Positions 31,711-41,608 of a DNA stretch of 64,000 nt are shown in pieces. A program made the translations under genes and the position numbers. The notes under the pieces were generated by a model. It saw nothing but the letters and a program-made list of their open reading frames with translations. It was not told the DNA's origin and did no database searches. Each line of letters opens with the position of its first letter. The first letter of the stretch is position 1. Source of the DNA: Chthonomonadales bacterium (GTDB taxonomy: Bacteria > Armatimonadota > Chthonomonadetes > Chthonomonadales > CAJBBX01); the NCBI GenBank assembly GCA_037443035.1, contig JBBIPC010000009.1, positions 12,618-76,617 on the forward strand, written 5' to 3'.

Positions 31711-32436
31711 CTACGCCACCGCAGCCAATGCCTGCAGCAATCTGACAGCGCCCGTGTACAAGGCGCGTCCCACAATGACACCCTCGACGTTAGCCGGTGC
31801 TTCGGCTCTCAACCGTACCAGGTCCTCGATGGAGCCGATGCCACCCGAGGCGATCACAGGAACAGCTACCGCCTCGGCCAGTGCCTTCAGCGCGGCCAGA
31901 TTTGCGCCAGTCTGCGTCCCGTCGCGGGCGATATCGGTGAAGATAAGACGCGCTGCCCCTAGCTCGGTCATTTGGAGCGCGAATCGCGGAGCCTCCCAGT
32001 CCGTCTCTTGGAGCCAACCCTGAACCGCGACGCGGCCGTCTCGGGCATCTATGCCCGCCACGACGCGTTCTCCGAAAGTGCTGAAGAACTCCCCGGCCAG
32101 AGCGAGGTCGGCAGCGATGCTCGTACCCACAATCACTCGATCCACGCCAAGACCGAGGACTTCCCTTGCCACCTCCACACTGCGAATGCCCCCGCCCATC
32201 TGCACTGGTATGCCGGTCCTTCGCACAATGGCGGTCACGGCAGCCAGGTTCTCTGGTCGGGGTCTTCCTTCTCTTGCACCGTCGAGGTCTACGACATGAA
32301 GGCGCCGAGCACCCTCCCCGACCCACCGAAGAGCATACTCCAGGGGATCGCCGAACGTCATCTGACGTCCGTAGTCCCCCTGAACAAGCCGCACGCACTG
32401 ACCCTCGCGCAGGTCAATCGCAGGGATGATTTCCAT
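31711..32436 (-). CDS. hisA: ProFAR isomerase HisA
   Basis: IIPAIDLREGQCVRLVQG, LHVVDLDGA, GGGIRS, TDIARDG, IASGG. Confidence 0.96.
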   Translation of the reverse strand: MEIIPAIDLREGQCVRLVQGDYGRQMTFGDPLEYALRWVGEGARRLHVVDLDGAREGRPRPENLAAVTAIVRRTGIPVQMGGGIRSVEVAREVLGLGVDRVIVGTSIAADLALAGEFFSTFGERVVAGIDARDGRVAVQGWLQETDWEAPRFALQMTELGAARLIFTDIARDGTQTGANLAALKALAEAVAVPVIASGGIGSIEDLVRLRAEAPANVEGVIVGRALYTGAVRLLQALAAVA

Positions 32437-32446
32437 TCGATGTCAC

Positions 32447-33067
32447 CTACGACGCCAGAGCGGTGAAGTTTCGGAGGATCTCCAATCCCACCGTGCCGCT
32501 CTTCTCCGGGTGAAACTGCGTCGCGAACAGATTGCCCACCTGGATAGCGCTACAGAACTCCCCTCCGTAATCCGTCGTTGCCGCGACGCAGCTCTCGTCT
32601 TCGGGCACGGGATAGTACGAGTGAACGAAGTAGACCATGGCACCTTCCGGCACGCCTGCGAACAGTGGACCCTCCCGGACGATGTGCAGACTGTTCCAGC
32701 CCATGTGTGGCACTTTCAGCCCCGCACGTTGCCCCTCCGCGACGAAGCGGACTACCTTGCCGGACACCACGTCGAGCCCACCCACGTTGCCCCCCTCTTC
32801 GCTGGCGCTGAAGAGCATCTGCATGCCGATGCAAATGCCCAGAAACGGCCGACCGGATCCGATGAAGGTGCGCACTGCTTCATCGAGACCAGCCGCACGA
32901 AGCCCCTTCATACAGTGATCGAAAGCCCCGACGCCGGGCAAGATGACCGCGTCTGCCCGAGCTACCGGCGCCGGGTCGTGGACTATCTGGGCTTTCACCC
33001 CGAGGTAGTGCAGCGCCTTGTCCACGCTGCCGAGGTTCCCGGCGCCGTAATCCACCACTGCGATCAT
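32447..33067 (-). CDS. hisH: Imidazole glycerol phosphate synthase glutaminase subunit
   Basis: DYGAGNL, LPGVGAF, GICIGMQ, PHMGWN, YFVHSY, QFHPEKS. Confidence 0.96.
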   Translation of the reverse strand: MIAVVDYGAGNLGSVDKALHYLGVKAQIVHDPAPVARADAVILPGVGAFDHCMKGLRAAGLDEAVRTFIGSGRPFLGICIGMQMLFSASEEGGNVGGLDVVSGKVVRFVAEGQRAGLKVPHMGWNSLHIVREGPLFAGVPEGAMVYFVHSYYPVPEDESCVAATTDYGGEFCSAIQVGNLFATQFHPEKSGTVGLEILRNFTALAS

Positions 33068-34071
33068 GGCAGCGCCCCGATGGCGCGATGCCAGCGAGAG
33101 AGAATCTCCTGCTCCCTGTCGCGGTTCATGCCGGCGAGCAGTCCTGTGCCTCGACGTTCGCGATCGTACCAGCACAGTGTGTCCCGGACAGTCTCGATGA
33201 TCGGCCGCGTTTTCAGGCCGGCGTTCCAAGCGCGCATGCCATCCACACATTCCATGCCTGCGTGCTCGGAGCGTGCCGGCAACCACAAGGGGAGGTCCGC
33301 CCACGGTTCCGCGCCGCACTGGAGCAGGAATCCGTCCGGCACCCATACCAGGCGTGCAGCGCTCCCACTGGCCCGGACGCACGCATCCAGCAAGTCTCCG
33401 AAGGTGGTCGGCGGATTGGGTCCGACTGCATTGAAGACGCCGGACTCGCGACGCTCCAGCATGGCGACGATCCATTCCGCCAAATCCCGAACATCCACGA
33501 ACTGCACCGGACGTGCCGGGTCGCCGGGCGCCAGGACGTTCCCACCCACGGAGATTCGGACGGGCCAGTACGTGAAGCGATCGGTGGGGTCCCATGGCCC
33601 CACGATTAGCCCTGGACGGACGACAAGGCAACGCTTCGCGTAGCACTGCTCCACCACTCGCTCGCATGCGGCCTTGAGCGCTCCGTACGTCTCACCTGTC
33701 ACGGTCTCTTCGAGAGGGTTTTCCAACGTCGCAAGCGGCGCTTCCTCCGTCACTCCTTCCGACGAGAGATCCGCGTACGCCGAGATGGAGGAGATGAACG
33801 CGTAGATCTCGCATCTGGAGGCGAGGCGCTGGGCAGACTGAGCGACAACCCTCGGCACGTATCCGCAAGTATCCAACACCGCATCCCACTCCCTGCCGTC
33901 GAGGGTCTCCAAGCCGCCGTCGCGATCACCCAGCACATGCTCGGCTTCTGGAAAAAGTTCCGATCCGTGGCGACCGCGATGGAAGAGAGTGACCTCGTGG
34001 CCGCGGCGCAGCGCCGCTTCGACGCAATGACGCCCGAGGAAGATGGTCCCCCCGATGACGAGAAGCCGCAT
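33064..34071 (-). CDS. NAD-dependent epimerase/dehydratase family (isoflavone-reductase-like extended SDR)
   Basis: IGGTIFLG, ISSISAY, YGALK, RPGLIVGP, QFVDVRDLA. Confidence 0.88.
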   Translation of the reverse strand: MRLLVIGGTIFLGRHCVEAALRRGHEVTLFHRGRHGSELFPEAEHVLGDRDGGLETLDGREWDAVLDTCGYVPRVVAQSAQRLASRCEIYAFISSISAYADLSSEGVTEEAPLATLENPLEETVTGETYGALKAACERVVEQCYAKRCLVVRPGLIVGPWDPTDRFTYWPVRISVGGNVLAPGDPARPVQFVDVRDLAEWIVAMLERRESGVFNAVGPNPPTTFGDLLDACVRASGSAARLVWVPDGFLLQCGAEPWADLPLWLPARSEHAGMECVDGMRAWNAGLKTRPIIETVRDTLCWYDRERRGTGLLAGMNRDREQEILSRWHRAIGALP

Positions 34072-34072
34072 C

Positions 34073-34669
34073 TCACAGGGTTCCTTTCGTGGACGGAATG
34101 CCGCTGCGGCGATCGTCCACGGAGATTGCCGTGGCCATTGCCCTGGCAAGCGCCTTGAACGCCGCTTCCACGATGTGATGTGCGTTGCGCCCGGTTATCA
34201 GGCGGATATGGAGGGTCAGACCGGCGTGCGCTGCGAAAGCCCGGAAGAACTCGGGCACCAGCTCCGCGTCCATGGATCCGAGACGTTCCGCCGTCATGGG
34301 TAGCTCCGTGACGCTCATACCGCGTCCGCTGACGTCCACTGCGCAGAGCACCAAGCTCTCGTCCATGGGAACGATCGCATGGCCGTAGCGACGAATGCCT
34401 GCTGCGTCACCCAGCGCCTGCCGAAGCGCCGCGCCCAGTGCGATACCCACATCCTCCACCGTGTGGTGAGCGTCCACATGGAGATCGCCTGTGCACGCCA
34501 CCTTGAGGTCGAACAGTCCATGGTAGGCGAGCTGCTCCAGCATGTGATCGAAGAAGCCCACGCCCGTCGTGATGTCAGCCTTGCCCTCACCATCCAGCAC
34601 CAGTTCGATCTGGATTCTCGTTTCCTGTGTCTGTCGTGAAATCAGCGCTTTGCGACTAGTCGGCGTCAT
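34073..34669 (-). CDS. hisB: Imidazoleglycerol-phosphate dehydratase (monofunctional)
   Basis: FFDHML, DAHHTVED, PMDE, NAHHIVEA, PSTKGTL. Confidence 0.96.
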   Translation of the reverse strand: MTPTSRKALISRQTQETRIQIELVLDGEGKADITTGVGFFDHMLEQLAYHGLFDLKVACTGDLHVDAHHTVEDVGIALGAALRQALGDAAGIRRYGHAIVPMDESLVLCAVDVSGRGMSVTELPMTAERLGSMDAELVPEFFRAFAAHAGLTLHIRLITGRNAHHIVEAAFKALARAMATAISVDDRRSGIPSTKGTL

Positions 34670-35990
34670 CGCACACCTCTTCGTCCACTACCGTGTCGGA
34701 CCTTCTGTCATGCTGCAGCCGGGTCCGTACGGCGGCAGCGTGCCCCTCGAACCCTTCAGCGCTGGCCAACGCGATGAGGTCATCGGCCGCACTGAGCAGC
34801 GCCCCCTCGGCCAGTGCTATGATGCTTGTCTTCTTCAGGAACGTATCCACGTTCAAGGGCGACCAGAAGCGCGCTGTACCGCCGGTAGGCAGCGTGTGAC
34901 TTGGACCTGCCATGTAGTCGCCCGCAGTCTGAGGTGTCCAGTGCCCAAGCATGACGGCACCAGCATTCCTTACCTTGTCCAGCACGCCGAACGGGTTCTC
35001 CACCAGCAGGGCCAGGTGCTCCGGCGCGCACGCATTGGCCAGTTCGAGCGCCTCATCCAGCGTGCGGGTTACGACGCATGCACCACGTTCCATCAGGGAC
35101 TTCTCGGCGATTGCTCGTCGAGGAAGCACGTCCAGTTGCCTCAAGATCTCCTGCTGCGTTTGCTCAGCGATACTCCGTGACGGTGTGAGCAGGAACGCGG
35201 CGCAGTCCGGATCGTGCTCCGCCTGTGTGATGAGATCCGCTGCGACGAATCGAGGGTCGGCGGTCTCATCGGCCACGACGCATACTTCGCTTGGACCCGC
35301 CAACATGTCCATGTCGGTCACACCCCACAGAGCGCGCTTGGCTGCGCAGACGTAGGTGTTTCCGGGGCCGACGATCTTGTCAACCCTGGGGATCGTAGCA
35401 GTACCGTAGGCTAAGGCGGCGACGGCCTGAGCTCCACCAACCTTGTACACGGCCTGCACACCTGCCAGTCGCGCCGCATACAGGACCGCAGGGCTGACCG
35501 ACCCATCCTTAGCCACAGGGGAACAGACCACCACTTCGCGAACGCCCGCGACGCGGGCGGGGATGGCGCACATCAGCACGCTGCTCGGGTAGGCCGCACG
35601 ACCTCCGGGAACATACACACCCACCCTCTCCAGAGGTCGTATCAACTGGCCCACGATCTTTCCGTCCGCATGCTGGAACCAGCTCGTCCGGAGCTGTGCC
35701 TCGTGAAAGGCGCGGATCGAGGCTGCAGCATGCTCCAGCGCCTCCCGAACGGCGTGATCCAGGCGATCCCCGGCGGCATCCAGTTCCGCGGGATCCACCG
35801 CCAGTGAACAGAGGCCTTCGCTATCGAACTCTCGACCCAGCTCCAGAAGCGCCGCATCACCGCGGGCACGCACATCGCTGATGATGGCGAGCACGGCATC
35901 CTCTATGGCGGGGTCAATGTCCACCCCTTCCCTCTGGACTGCAGCCAGGGCCGATTCCCAGCCGTCTCTCTCGACGTCAACCCACCTCAC
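34656..35990 (-). CDS. hisD: Histidinol dehydrogenase
   Basis: YVPGGRAAYPSS, GGAQA, GPGN, AGPSE, QAEHD, PEHL, GPSHTLPT; GTG start at 35990. Confidence 0.96.
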   Translation of the reverse strand: MRWVDVERDGWESALAAVQREGVDIDPAIEDAVLAIISDVRARGDAALLELGREFDSEGLCSLAVDPAELDAAGDRLDHAVREALEHAAASIRAFHEAQLRTSWFQHADGKIVGQLIRPLERVGVYVPGGRAAYPSSVLMCAIPARVAGVREVVVCSPVAKDGSVSPAVLYAARLAGVQAVYKVGGAQAVAALAYGTATIPRVDKIVGPGNTYVCAAKRALWGVTDMDMLAGPSEVCVVADETADPRFVAADLITQAEHDPDCAAFLLTPSRSIAEQTQQEILRQLDVLPRRAIAEKSLMERGACVVTRTLDEALELANACAPEHLALLVENPFGVLDKVRNAGAVMLGHWTPQTAGDYMAGPSHTLPTGGTARFWSPLNVDTFLKKTSIIALAEGALLSAADDLIALASAEGFEGHAAAVRTRLQHDRRSDTVVDEEVCDDAD

Positions 35991-36008
35991 TCGATCGCCT
36001 CCAGGCCC

Positions 36009-36033
36009 ATGATACCCGTGGGTATGGTAGAAT
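36009..36033. promoter_or_regulatory. Back-to-back -10 elements for hisD (minus) and the aminotransferase (plus)
   Basis: TATCAT on minus (36014-36009) and TGgTAGAAT on plus (36025-36033), with inverted repeat ATACCC-GT-GGGTAT (36012-36025) spanning the gap. Confidence 0.45.
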
Positions 36034-36114
36034 GCGCAGCCTGAGACGCGTGTTGCGGCAGGAGCATAGCTACGCGAAACGGCTCGAAGCCGCGCAATAC
36101 CAGGAGGAGAAGCC

Positions 36115-37293
36115 ATGCCCAAACGAGCTTCGCGGCTCGATTCCATCCCGCCGTATCTTTTCGGCGAGATAGCCAAGCTCAAAGCCCAGGCCATTGCCGA
36201 GGGTCGAGACCTGATTGACCTGGGTATTGGCGATCCCGATCAGCCAACACCGCCCGACATCGTCGAGGCCTTGGCCAAGGCTGCCGCGGATCCGGCGACG
36301 CATCGGTATGACGAGTCGCCGGCCGGAGACCCGCAGTTCCTCGAGGCGGTAGCGCGATGGTTCCAGCGCCGCTTCGGCGTGGAGGTCTCTGCCGACAGAC
36401 ACATCCTCCAGCTCATCGGATCCAAGGAGGGGCTCGCCCACATCGCCTGGGCGTTTCTCGACCCTGGCGATGTCTCGCTTGTGCCAGACCCTGCCTACAC
36501 CGTGTACAGGGTGAATACCCTCATGGCAGGTGGCAACGTGCACACCATGCCGCTCCGCTTCGAGCGGCAATTCCTGCCCGACCTGACCGCTATCCCCACA
36601 GACATCGCACGTACGGCCAAGCTGCTGTGGCTGAACTATCCCAACAACCCGACTGGGGCCACGGCGCCGCTTGCGTTCTACGCCGACGCCGTCCGTTTCT
36701 GCCGGGAGTACGACATCCTCCTCATCAACGATGCGGCCTACGCAGAGGTGACGTTCGACGGCTACAGAGCCCCGTCCGTCCTGCAGGTCGAGGGCGCCAT
36801 GGATGTCGCTATCGAGTTTCACTCGTTCTCCAAGATGTTCAACATGACCGGCTGGCGTATCGGCATGGCGATCGGCAATCCCGACGCCATCGCCACGCTG
36901 AACAAGCTGAAATCGAACGTTGACAGCAAGCAGTTCGCCGCGATAGCACGGGCAGCCGCCTATGCAGCCGACAGCGCCTCCAACTCGCCGACGCTCGAGC
37001 TCATTGCCAGGCGCCGAGATATCCTCGTGGAGGGACTGCAGCGGCTGGGCTGGAGTTTGGAGAAACCTAGGGCGACGTTCTACGTGTGGTTACCCGTCCC
37101 ACAAGGTGAAACCAGCATGACGTTCGCTCGTAGGTTATTGGAGACGGCGGGCGTTCTCGCCATCCCGGGGATCGGATACGGTGAGTACGGTGAGGGTTAC
37201 GTACGCATGTCGTTGACGGTGGCTGGAGATCGGAACGGTGAGCGGGTGGCTGAGGCAGTTCGGCGCATCGGTGACGCCGGCCTCCATCCCTGA
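36115..37293 (+). CDS. Class I/II PLP aminotransferase, LL-diaminopimelate aminotransferase-like
   Basis: DLGIGDPD, GSKEG, NYPNNPTG, DAAY, HSFSKMFNMTGWRIG. Confidence 0.85.
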   Translation: MPKRASRLDSIPPYLFGEIAKLKAQAIAEGRDLIDLGIGDPDQPTPPDIVEALAKAAADPATHRYDESPAGDPQFLEAVARWFQRRFGVEVSADRHILQLIGSKEGLAHIAWAFLDPGDVSLVPDPAYTVYRVNTLMAGGNVHTMPLRFERQFLPDLTAIPTDIARTAKLLWLNYPNNPTGATAPLAFYADAVRFCREYDILLINDAAYAEVTFDGYRAPSVLQVEGAMDVAIEFHSFSKMFNMTGWRIGMAIGNPDAIATLNKLKSNVDSKQFAAIARAAAYAADSASNSPTLELIARRRDILVEGLQRLGWSLEKPRATFYVWLPVPQGETSMTFARRLLETAGVLAIPGIGYGEYGEGYVRMSLTVAGDRNGERVAEAVRRIGDAGLHP

Positions 37294-37342
37294 TCACGCA
37301 GCGCTCATGCGCCAGGCTCGCGCCTTCTGAGCAGCAAGTATC

Positions 37343-38629
37343 ATGGCACGTCAAACACTGCAGACCGTGGAGAGCGTCGAGCGCGCATGTCTCGTGTGTG
37401 TGGAGCCAGATGACGCTGCCGAGCCCTATGCAATCGCGGAGTTGCGTGCGCTCGCCACGACCGCCGGTGCCGAAGTCGTAGTCGAGGCACACCAGCACCG
37501 TCGCGACCCGGACCCAGCCTACTACATTGGCAAGGGGAAAGCTGAAGAAGTCGCGGCTGCCGTTCGCGCCACTCAGGCGGACTTGGTGATCGTAGACACA
37601 GAGCTCTCGCCCGTCCAGCAGCGGAACCTCCAGGATGTCATGGATGTCCGGGTCGTGGACCGCACCCAGCTCATTCTGGACGTCTTCGGTCAGAGGGCTC
37701 GTACGCGCGAGGGAAAGCTGCAGGTCGAACTGGCCCAGCTCACGTATCTGCTGCCACGGCTCATGAACCTCTATACGAAGTTCGAAAGGCAGCAGGGCGG
37801 TATCGGGGTTCGAGGCGGCGCAGGTGAGACCAAATTGGAGACGGACCGACGGAAGGTCCGGCAACGCATCACGGACCTGCAGGAGGAGCTCGCCGAGGTG
37901 CGAAGCCAGCGCCAGCAGCAGCGGACTCTGCGGCGCCGACTGCCCTTTCCAGCGGCCGCTCTCGTCGGCTACACCAGTGCCGGCAAGTCCACCCTGCTGA
38001 ACACGCTGAGCGGGGCAAGTGTCTACGCCGACTCACGCCTGTTTGCGACGCTCGATCCCACCACTCGCCGTGTCGTGCTGCCCGATGGATGGGCTGTACT
38101 GATGACCGATACCGTGGGGTTCATCCGCAACCTGCCTCACGACTTGATCGCGGCGTTCCGAGCCACGCTGGAAGAAGTGGTGGAAGCAGACTTTCTCCTT
38201 CACGTGGTGGACGCCAGCCATCCGCAGAGGGATCTCCAATGCGAGGCAGTGATGGCTGTCCTGGAGGATCTGGGCGCGGACACCAAACCCGTTGTGACGG
38301 TCTTCAACAAGTGCGACCTGGTTGCCGACCAGTATCAGCTTCGGTTAGCCGTCAGCCGCCTTCCGAACGCCTGCTACATTTCCGCAGCCACCGCAGAGGG
38401 CATCCCTTCTCTCATGAACGTTATCGGTGCCGTGCTACGGTCGCTCCTCGTGCCCGTCAACGTGGTCATACCCTACAACCGTTCGGAGCTAGTGGCACAG
38501 TGCTACGAGTACGGACGCGTCAAGGAAGCCCGCTACGAATCCGACGGTATTCATGTACGGGCGGAGATTACGAAGGAGCTAGCCGGTCGGCTCGACCGCC
38601 TTCTCCGCGACACTCCGACCGGCCAGTAG
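37343..38629 (+). CDS. hflX: Ribosome-splitting GTPase HflX
   Basis: ELSPVQQRNL, EGKLQVELAQL, GETKLETDRR, GYTSAGKS, LFATLD, DTVGF, NKCD. Confidence 0.96.
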   Translation: MARQTLQTVESVERACLVCVEPDDAAEPYAIAELRALATTAGAEVVVEAHQHRRDPDPAYYIGKGKAEEVAAAVRATQADLVIVDTELSPVQQRNLQDVMDVRVVDRTQLILDVFGQRARTREGKLQVELAQLTYLLPRLMNLYTKFERQQGGIGVRGGAGETKLETDRRKVRQRITDLQEELAEVRSQRQQQRTLRRRLPFPAAALVGYTSAGKSTLLNTLSGASVYADSRLFATLDPTTRRVVLPDGWAVLMTDTVGFIRNLPHDLIAAFRATLEEVVEADFLLHVVDASHPQRDLQCEAVMAVLEDLGADTKPVVTVFNKCDLVADQYQLRLAVSRLPNACYISAATAEGIPSLMNVIGAVLRSLLVPVNVVIPYNRSELVAQCYEYGRVKEARYESDGIHVRAEITKELAGRLDRLLRDTPTGQ

Positions 38630-38667
38630 GGCACGCTGCAACCGCTTGCGAGCTGGGTTCTCTTCGC

Positions 38668-39813
38668 CTATCGCCCCATGCCAGGAAACATCATCGGTTC
38701 CGGTTCGCCGACTTTGTTGACGATCTTGGCGCCCTTCATGATCTCATTGATGAGCGACGAAGCGCGAGACCGCATGTAGTTCTGCCAGGCCTGCTCCCGC
38801 TCCGATTCCGAGAGACTGCTGCCCAACCGGTCTATGCGGATGAGATGCCACCCGAACTGGGTCCGAACCGGCTGGCTCACCACGCCAACCGGCAGACTGA
38901 ACGCAACCGCCTCGAATTCCGGCACCATCTGCCCTCGAACGAAGACGCCAAGCTTGCCTTCCTGGAACTTGCTGGGGTCGTCGCTGGAGTCCATGGCTGC
39001 CTTCTCGAATGTCTTGGTCTTGTTCTCTATCTCGTGGGCGATGGCATCTATCTTGGTCTTTGCTTCCGCGTATGCCTTTTCGGCATCTACAGGCTGCGGT
39101 TGTTCATTGGACCCCGGCTGCGGGGCTGGCGGCTGGAGGTTGACCCTTACGAGAATGTGGCGCCCTTCCCGGTAGTCATCGGGACCTAGCGGGTGACCGA
39201 TCTTGGCCTCCAGCTCCTTCTTCGCAATGGCCTCGAGATACATAGACGTCACAACACCCCGCCGGATCGTCGTCGGCCGGTACCCCAGATCGCTCAGGAC
39301 CTGTGCGTCGGTCTTGTTGCCCATACGGAGCTGCTGACGAGCGTTGTTGATCGCCCTGGCGACCTGCTTGGAGATCTCCGCCTCGGACAGCGTGATGCCC
39401 TGCTTCTTCGCGTACTGGGCGATGGCCAGCTCCCGGATCCGATTCTGAACGGCCTCGCGTATGGCCGGCGATTTCTCTTGCAGAAGCCATGCCACGACAT
39501 CGTCTCGCGAGACGGTCACGGGTTTCCCACCTGACTTCGCTAGCCGATCCAGCACGAGCACCCCCACCGAGCCGGCGATAGGTCGTGCTCGATCCTTGAA
39601 CTGCGGATTCGTGGCCTTGAGCCTCGCCTCTTGATCGGCCAAGACCTCATCGGCGATCTGCCGCCGCGTGATCTTCTCGCCGTTGACCGTGGCCACGACT
39701 TCGTCGGCAGGTTGTTTCGCCAGCGCCTTTCGGGTCGGTTTCTGTGCCTGCGCAGTCGCAAGCCAGGCTGCGCCGACGAGAGCTGCGACGGCCGCCATGA
39801 ACGCGTTTCTCAT
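38668..39813 (-). CDS. Exported parvulin-type peptidyl-prolyl isomerase (PrsA/SurA-like)
   Basis: Signal peptide, VATVNGEKIT, RHILV, GQMVPEFE, TQFGWHLI. Confidence 0.88.
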   Translation of the reverse strand: MRNAFMAAVAALVGAAWLATAQAQKPTRKALAKQPADEVVATVNGEKITRRQIADEVLADQEARLKATNPQFKDRARPIAGSVGVLVLDRLAKSGGKPVTVSRDDVVAWLLQEKSPAIREAVQNRIRELAIAQYAKKQGITLSEAEISKQVARAINNARQQLRMGNKTDAQVLSDLGYRPTTIRRGVVTSMYLEAIAKKELEAKIGHPLGPDDYREGRHILVRVNLQPPAPQPGSNEQPQPVDAEKAYAEAKTKIDAIAHEIENKTKTFEKAAMDSSDDPSKFQEGKLGVFVRGQMVPEFEAVAFSLPVGVVSQPVRTQFGWHLIRIDRLGSSLSESEREQAWQNYMRSRASSLINEIMKGAKIVNKVGEPEPMMFPGMGR

Positions 39814-39872
39814 TCTCAATGGTCTCTCCCTGGCCAACCCGTCTTCGGGATGGCATGCAGAGTATATCCTAC

Positions 39873-40796
39873 CTAGCCAGCGCCCTTGCCGTGATGCTCA
39901 CGCTGGTGCTCCATCTCGGCGTCATGGGGCTCCGTATGCAGCATGACCTCGGCGCGTGGCAGCTTGCTGCGGATTTCGTCCTCCAGCCGTTCGGTCAGTT
40001 CGTGTGCCTCGGACAACGTCATGTCGTCTGCCACGAGGACGTGCGCGTCAATGTGGCGCGAGGACCCCGACTTGCGCGTCCGCACTTTGTGATAGGCCAG
40101 CACAGCCGGTTCCGCCTCGAGAACGCCGATTACCGTGCGCAGGTCGGCGTCCGGTAGGCCCGTATCCATGAGACCGTGGAGGGCGTCCCGTGTCAGGGCG
40201 TAAGCAGCCCGACATATGATGAGAGCTACCCCAATGGCGACGATAGGATCGAGCACGTACCACCCCGTTACGTGCACGATCCCAAGGCCAAGGACAACGC
40301 CGACCGAGGTGACGACGTCTGTGCGAAGGTGCTCCGCGTCCGCCCTGAGCGCCAGCGAGTCCGTCTCCCGGGCGACTCGAAACAGGCGTTGCGAAACCAG
40401 GATGTTCGTCACGGCGGACAGGACCATCACCGCTATACCCGGCAACACCAACAGCCCCTCGACACCGTGAACGAGCTTGCTGACCGCCTCGTAGATGATA
40501 TAGCCGGATGCGCCGAAGATCAGCAGAGCCTCCACCATTCCGGAGATACTCTCGATCTTACCGTGGCCGTAGGGGTGGTGTGCGTCAGCTGGTCTATCGG
40601 ACATGCGAACCGAGAAGTAGGCAATCCCCGCTGCCACGAGGTCGTTGGCTGAGTGGGCGGCTTCAGACAACACGCTGACAGAGCCCGTGACAATGCCAAC
40701 CACGAGCTTCGTGATTGTCAGCACGGTGTTGCTGATGACGGACAGCTTGGCAGCTGCGACTTTGCTTGTCGCTATGAAGCCTCGTTCCTCAGTCAC
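39873..40796 (-). CDS. Cation diffusion facilitator transporter (FieF-like)
   Basis: EAAHSAND, HPYGHGKIE, ADAEHLRTD, six TM segments, C-terminal HTEP. Confidence 0.92.
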   Translation of the reverse strand: MTEERGFIATSKVAAAKLSVISNTVLTITKLVVGIVTGSVSVLSEAAHSANDLVAAGIAYFSVRMSDRPADAHHPYGHGKIESISGMVEALLIFGASGYIIYEAVSKLVHGVEGLLVLPGIAVMVLSAVTNILVSQRLFRVARETDSLALRADAEHLRTDVVTSVGVVLGLGIVHVTGWYVLDPIVAIGVALIICRAAYALTRDALHGLMDTGLPDADLRTVIGVLEAEPAVLAYHKVRTRKSGSSRHIDAHVLVADDMTLSEAHELTERLEDEIRSKLPRAEVMLHTEPHDAEMEHQREHHGKGAG

Positions 40797-41502
40797 TTCT
40801 CCAACGCCCTCTGCTCGACGGTTCACCACGTCGCATCACTGCAAGCCTGCGCTCCGTGTTGGTCAGAGGCAGTGTCACCGCGACTACTTCGGCCAACTGG
40901 CATCCATACTGGCGAACTGCGTCCTCAGCGCTCTGGATTTCCTCCAGCGCATCGCCGCTTTTGTACGCAACAGCGACACCGCCACTGCGCACGAACGGAA
41001 GCATCCACCGCACTAGCCGCGACATGGGCGCCACGGCCCGGGCCACCACCAGATCGTACCTTCTCACCGCGGTAGCTGTCCTCGCTAGGTCCTCAGCTCG
41101 CACATGCATAGCACGTATGTTCGGAAGGTCCAGGATGTCCACCACATGCTGAACGAACGTGATTCTCTTGCGTGTGCCGTCTATCAAGTCGAAGTGCCAG
41201 TGCGGGAACGCCACCGCGAGCGCCACGCCTGGCAGTCCCGCGCCCGTACCAATGTCGAGCGCCATGCCAGCTCGTCGCATGTCAATGGCGCAGGCCACGG
41301 TCAGGGAATCGATGATGTGCCTTTCGATGGCGTCCTCTCTTGGTACCCGTGTGAGGTTCAGTCGCTCGTTCCAGTCGTACAGCTCTTCAAGGAACCGCAG
41401 TAAGCGCCTCCCCTGCTTCTCCGTCAGCTCCACGCCGAGGTTGCTGCTCGCTCCGAGTAGGAGCTCCAGTGCTTCCGTCCCCATTGACTCTTCGGGCGCC
41501 AT
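40789..41502 (-). CDS. rsmG: 16S rRNA m7G527 methyltransferase
   Basis: WNERLNLT, HIIDSL, DIGTGAGLPG, RAED, VARAVA. Confidence 0.93.
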   Translation of the reverse strand: MAPEESMGTEALELLLGASSNLGVELTEKQGRRLLRFLEELYDWNERLNLTRVPREDAIERHIIDSLTVACAIDMRRAGMALDIGTGAGLPGVALAVAFPHWHFDLIDGTRKRITFVQHVVDILDLPNIRAMHVRAEDLARTATAVRRYDLVVARAVAPMSRLVRWMLPFVRSGGVAVAYKSGDALEEIQSAEDAVRQYGCQLAEVVAVTLPLTNTERRLAVMRRGEPSSRGRWRSD

Positions 41503-41522
41503 GACCGCATAATCTTGATAGA

Positions 41523-41596
41523 CGGGGTGTAGCGCAGCCTGGTAGCGCACTCGCTTTGGGAGCGAGTGGTCGCCGGTTCGAATCCGGCCACCCCGA
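41523..41596 (+). tRNA. tRNA-Pro(TGG), CCA not encoded
   Basis: CGGGGTG/CACCCCG acceptor stem, D-loop AGCCTGGTA, anticodon arm CTCGC-TTTGGGA-GCGAG, T-loop TTCGAAT. Confidence 0.96.
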
Positions 41597-41608
41597 CGTG
41601 CCTCTCCC

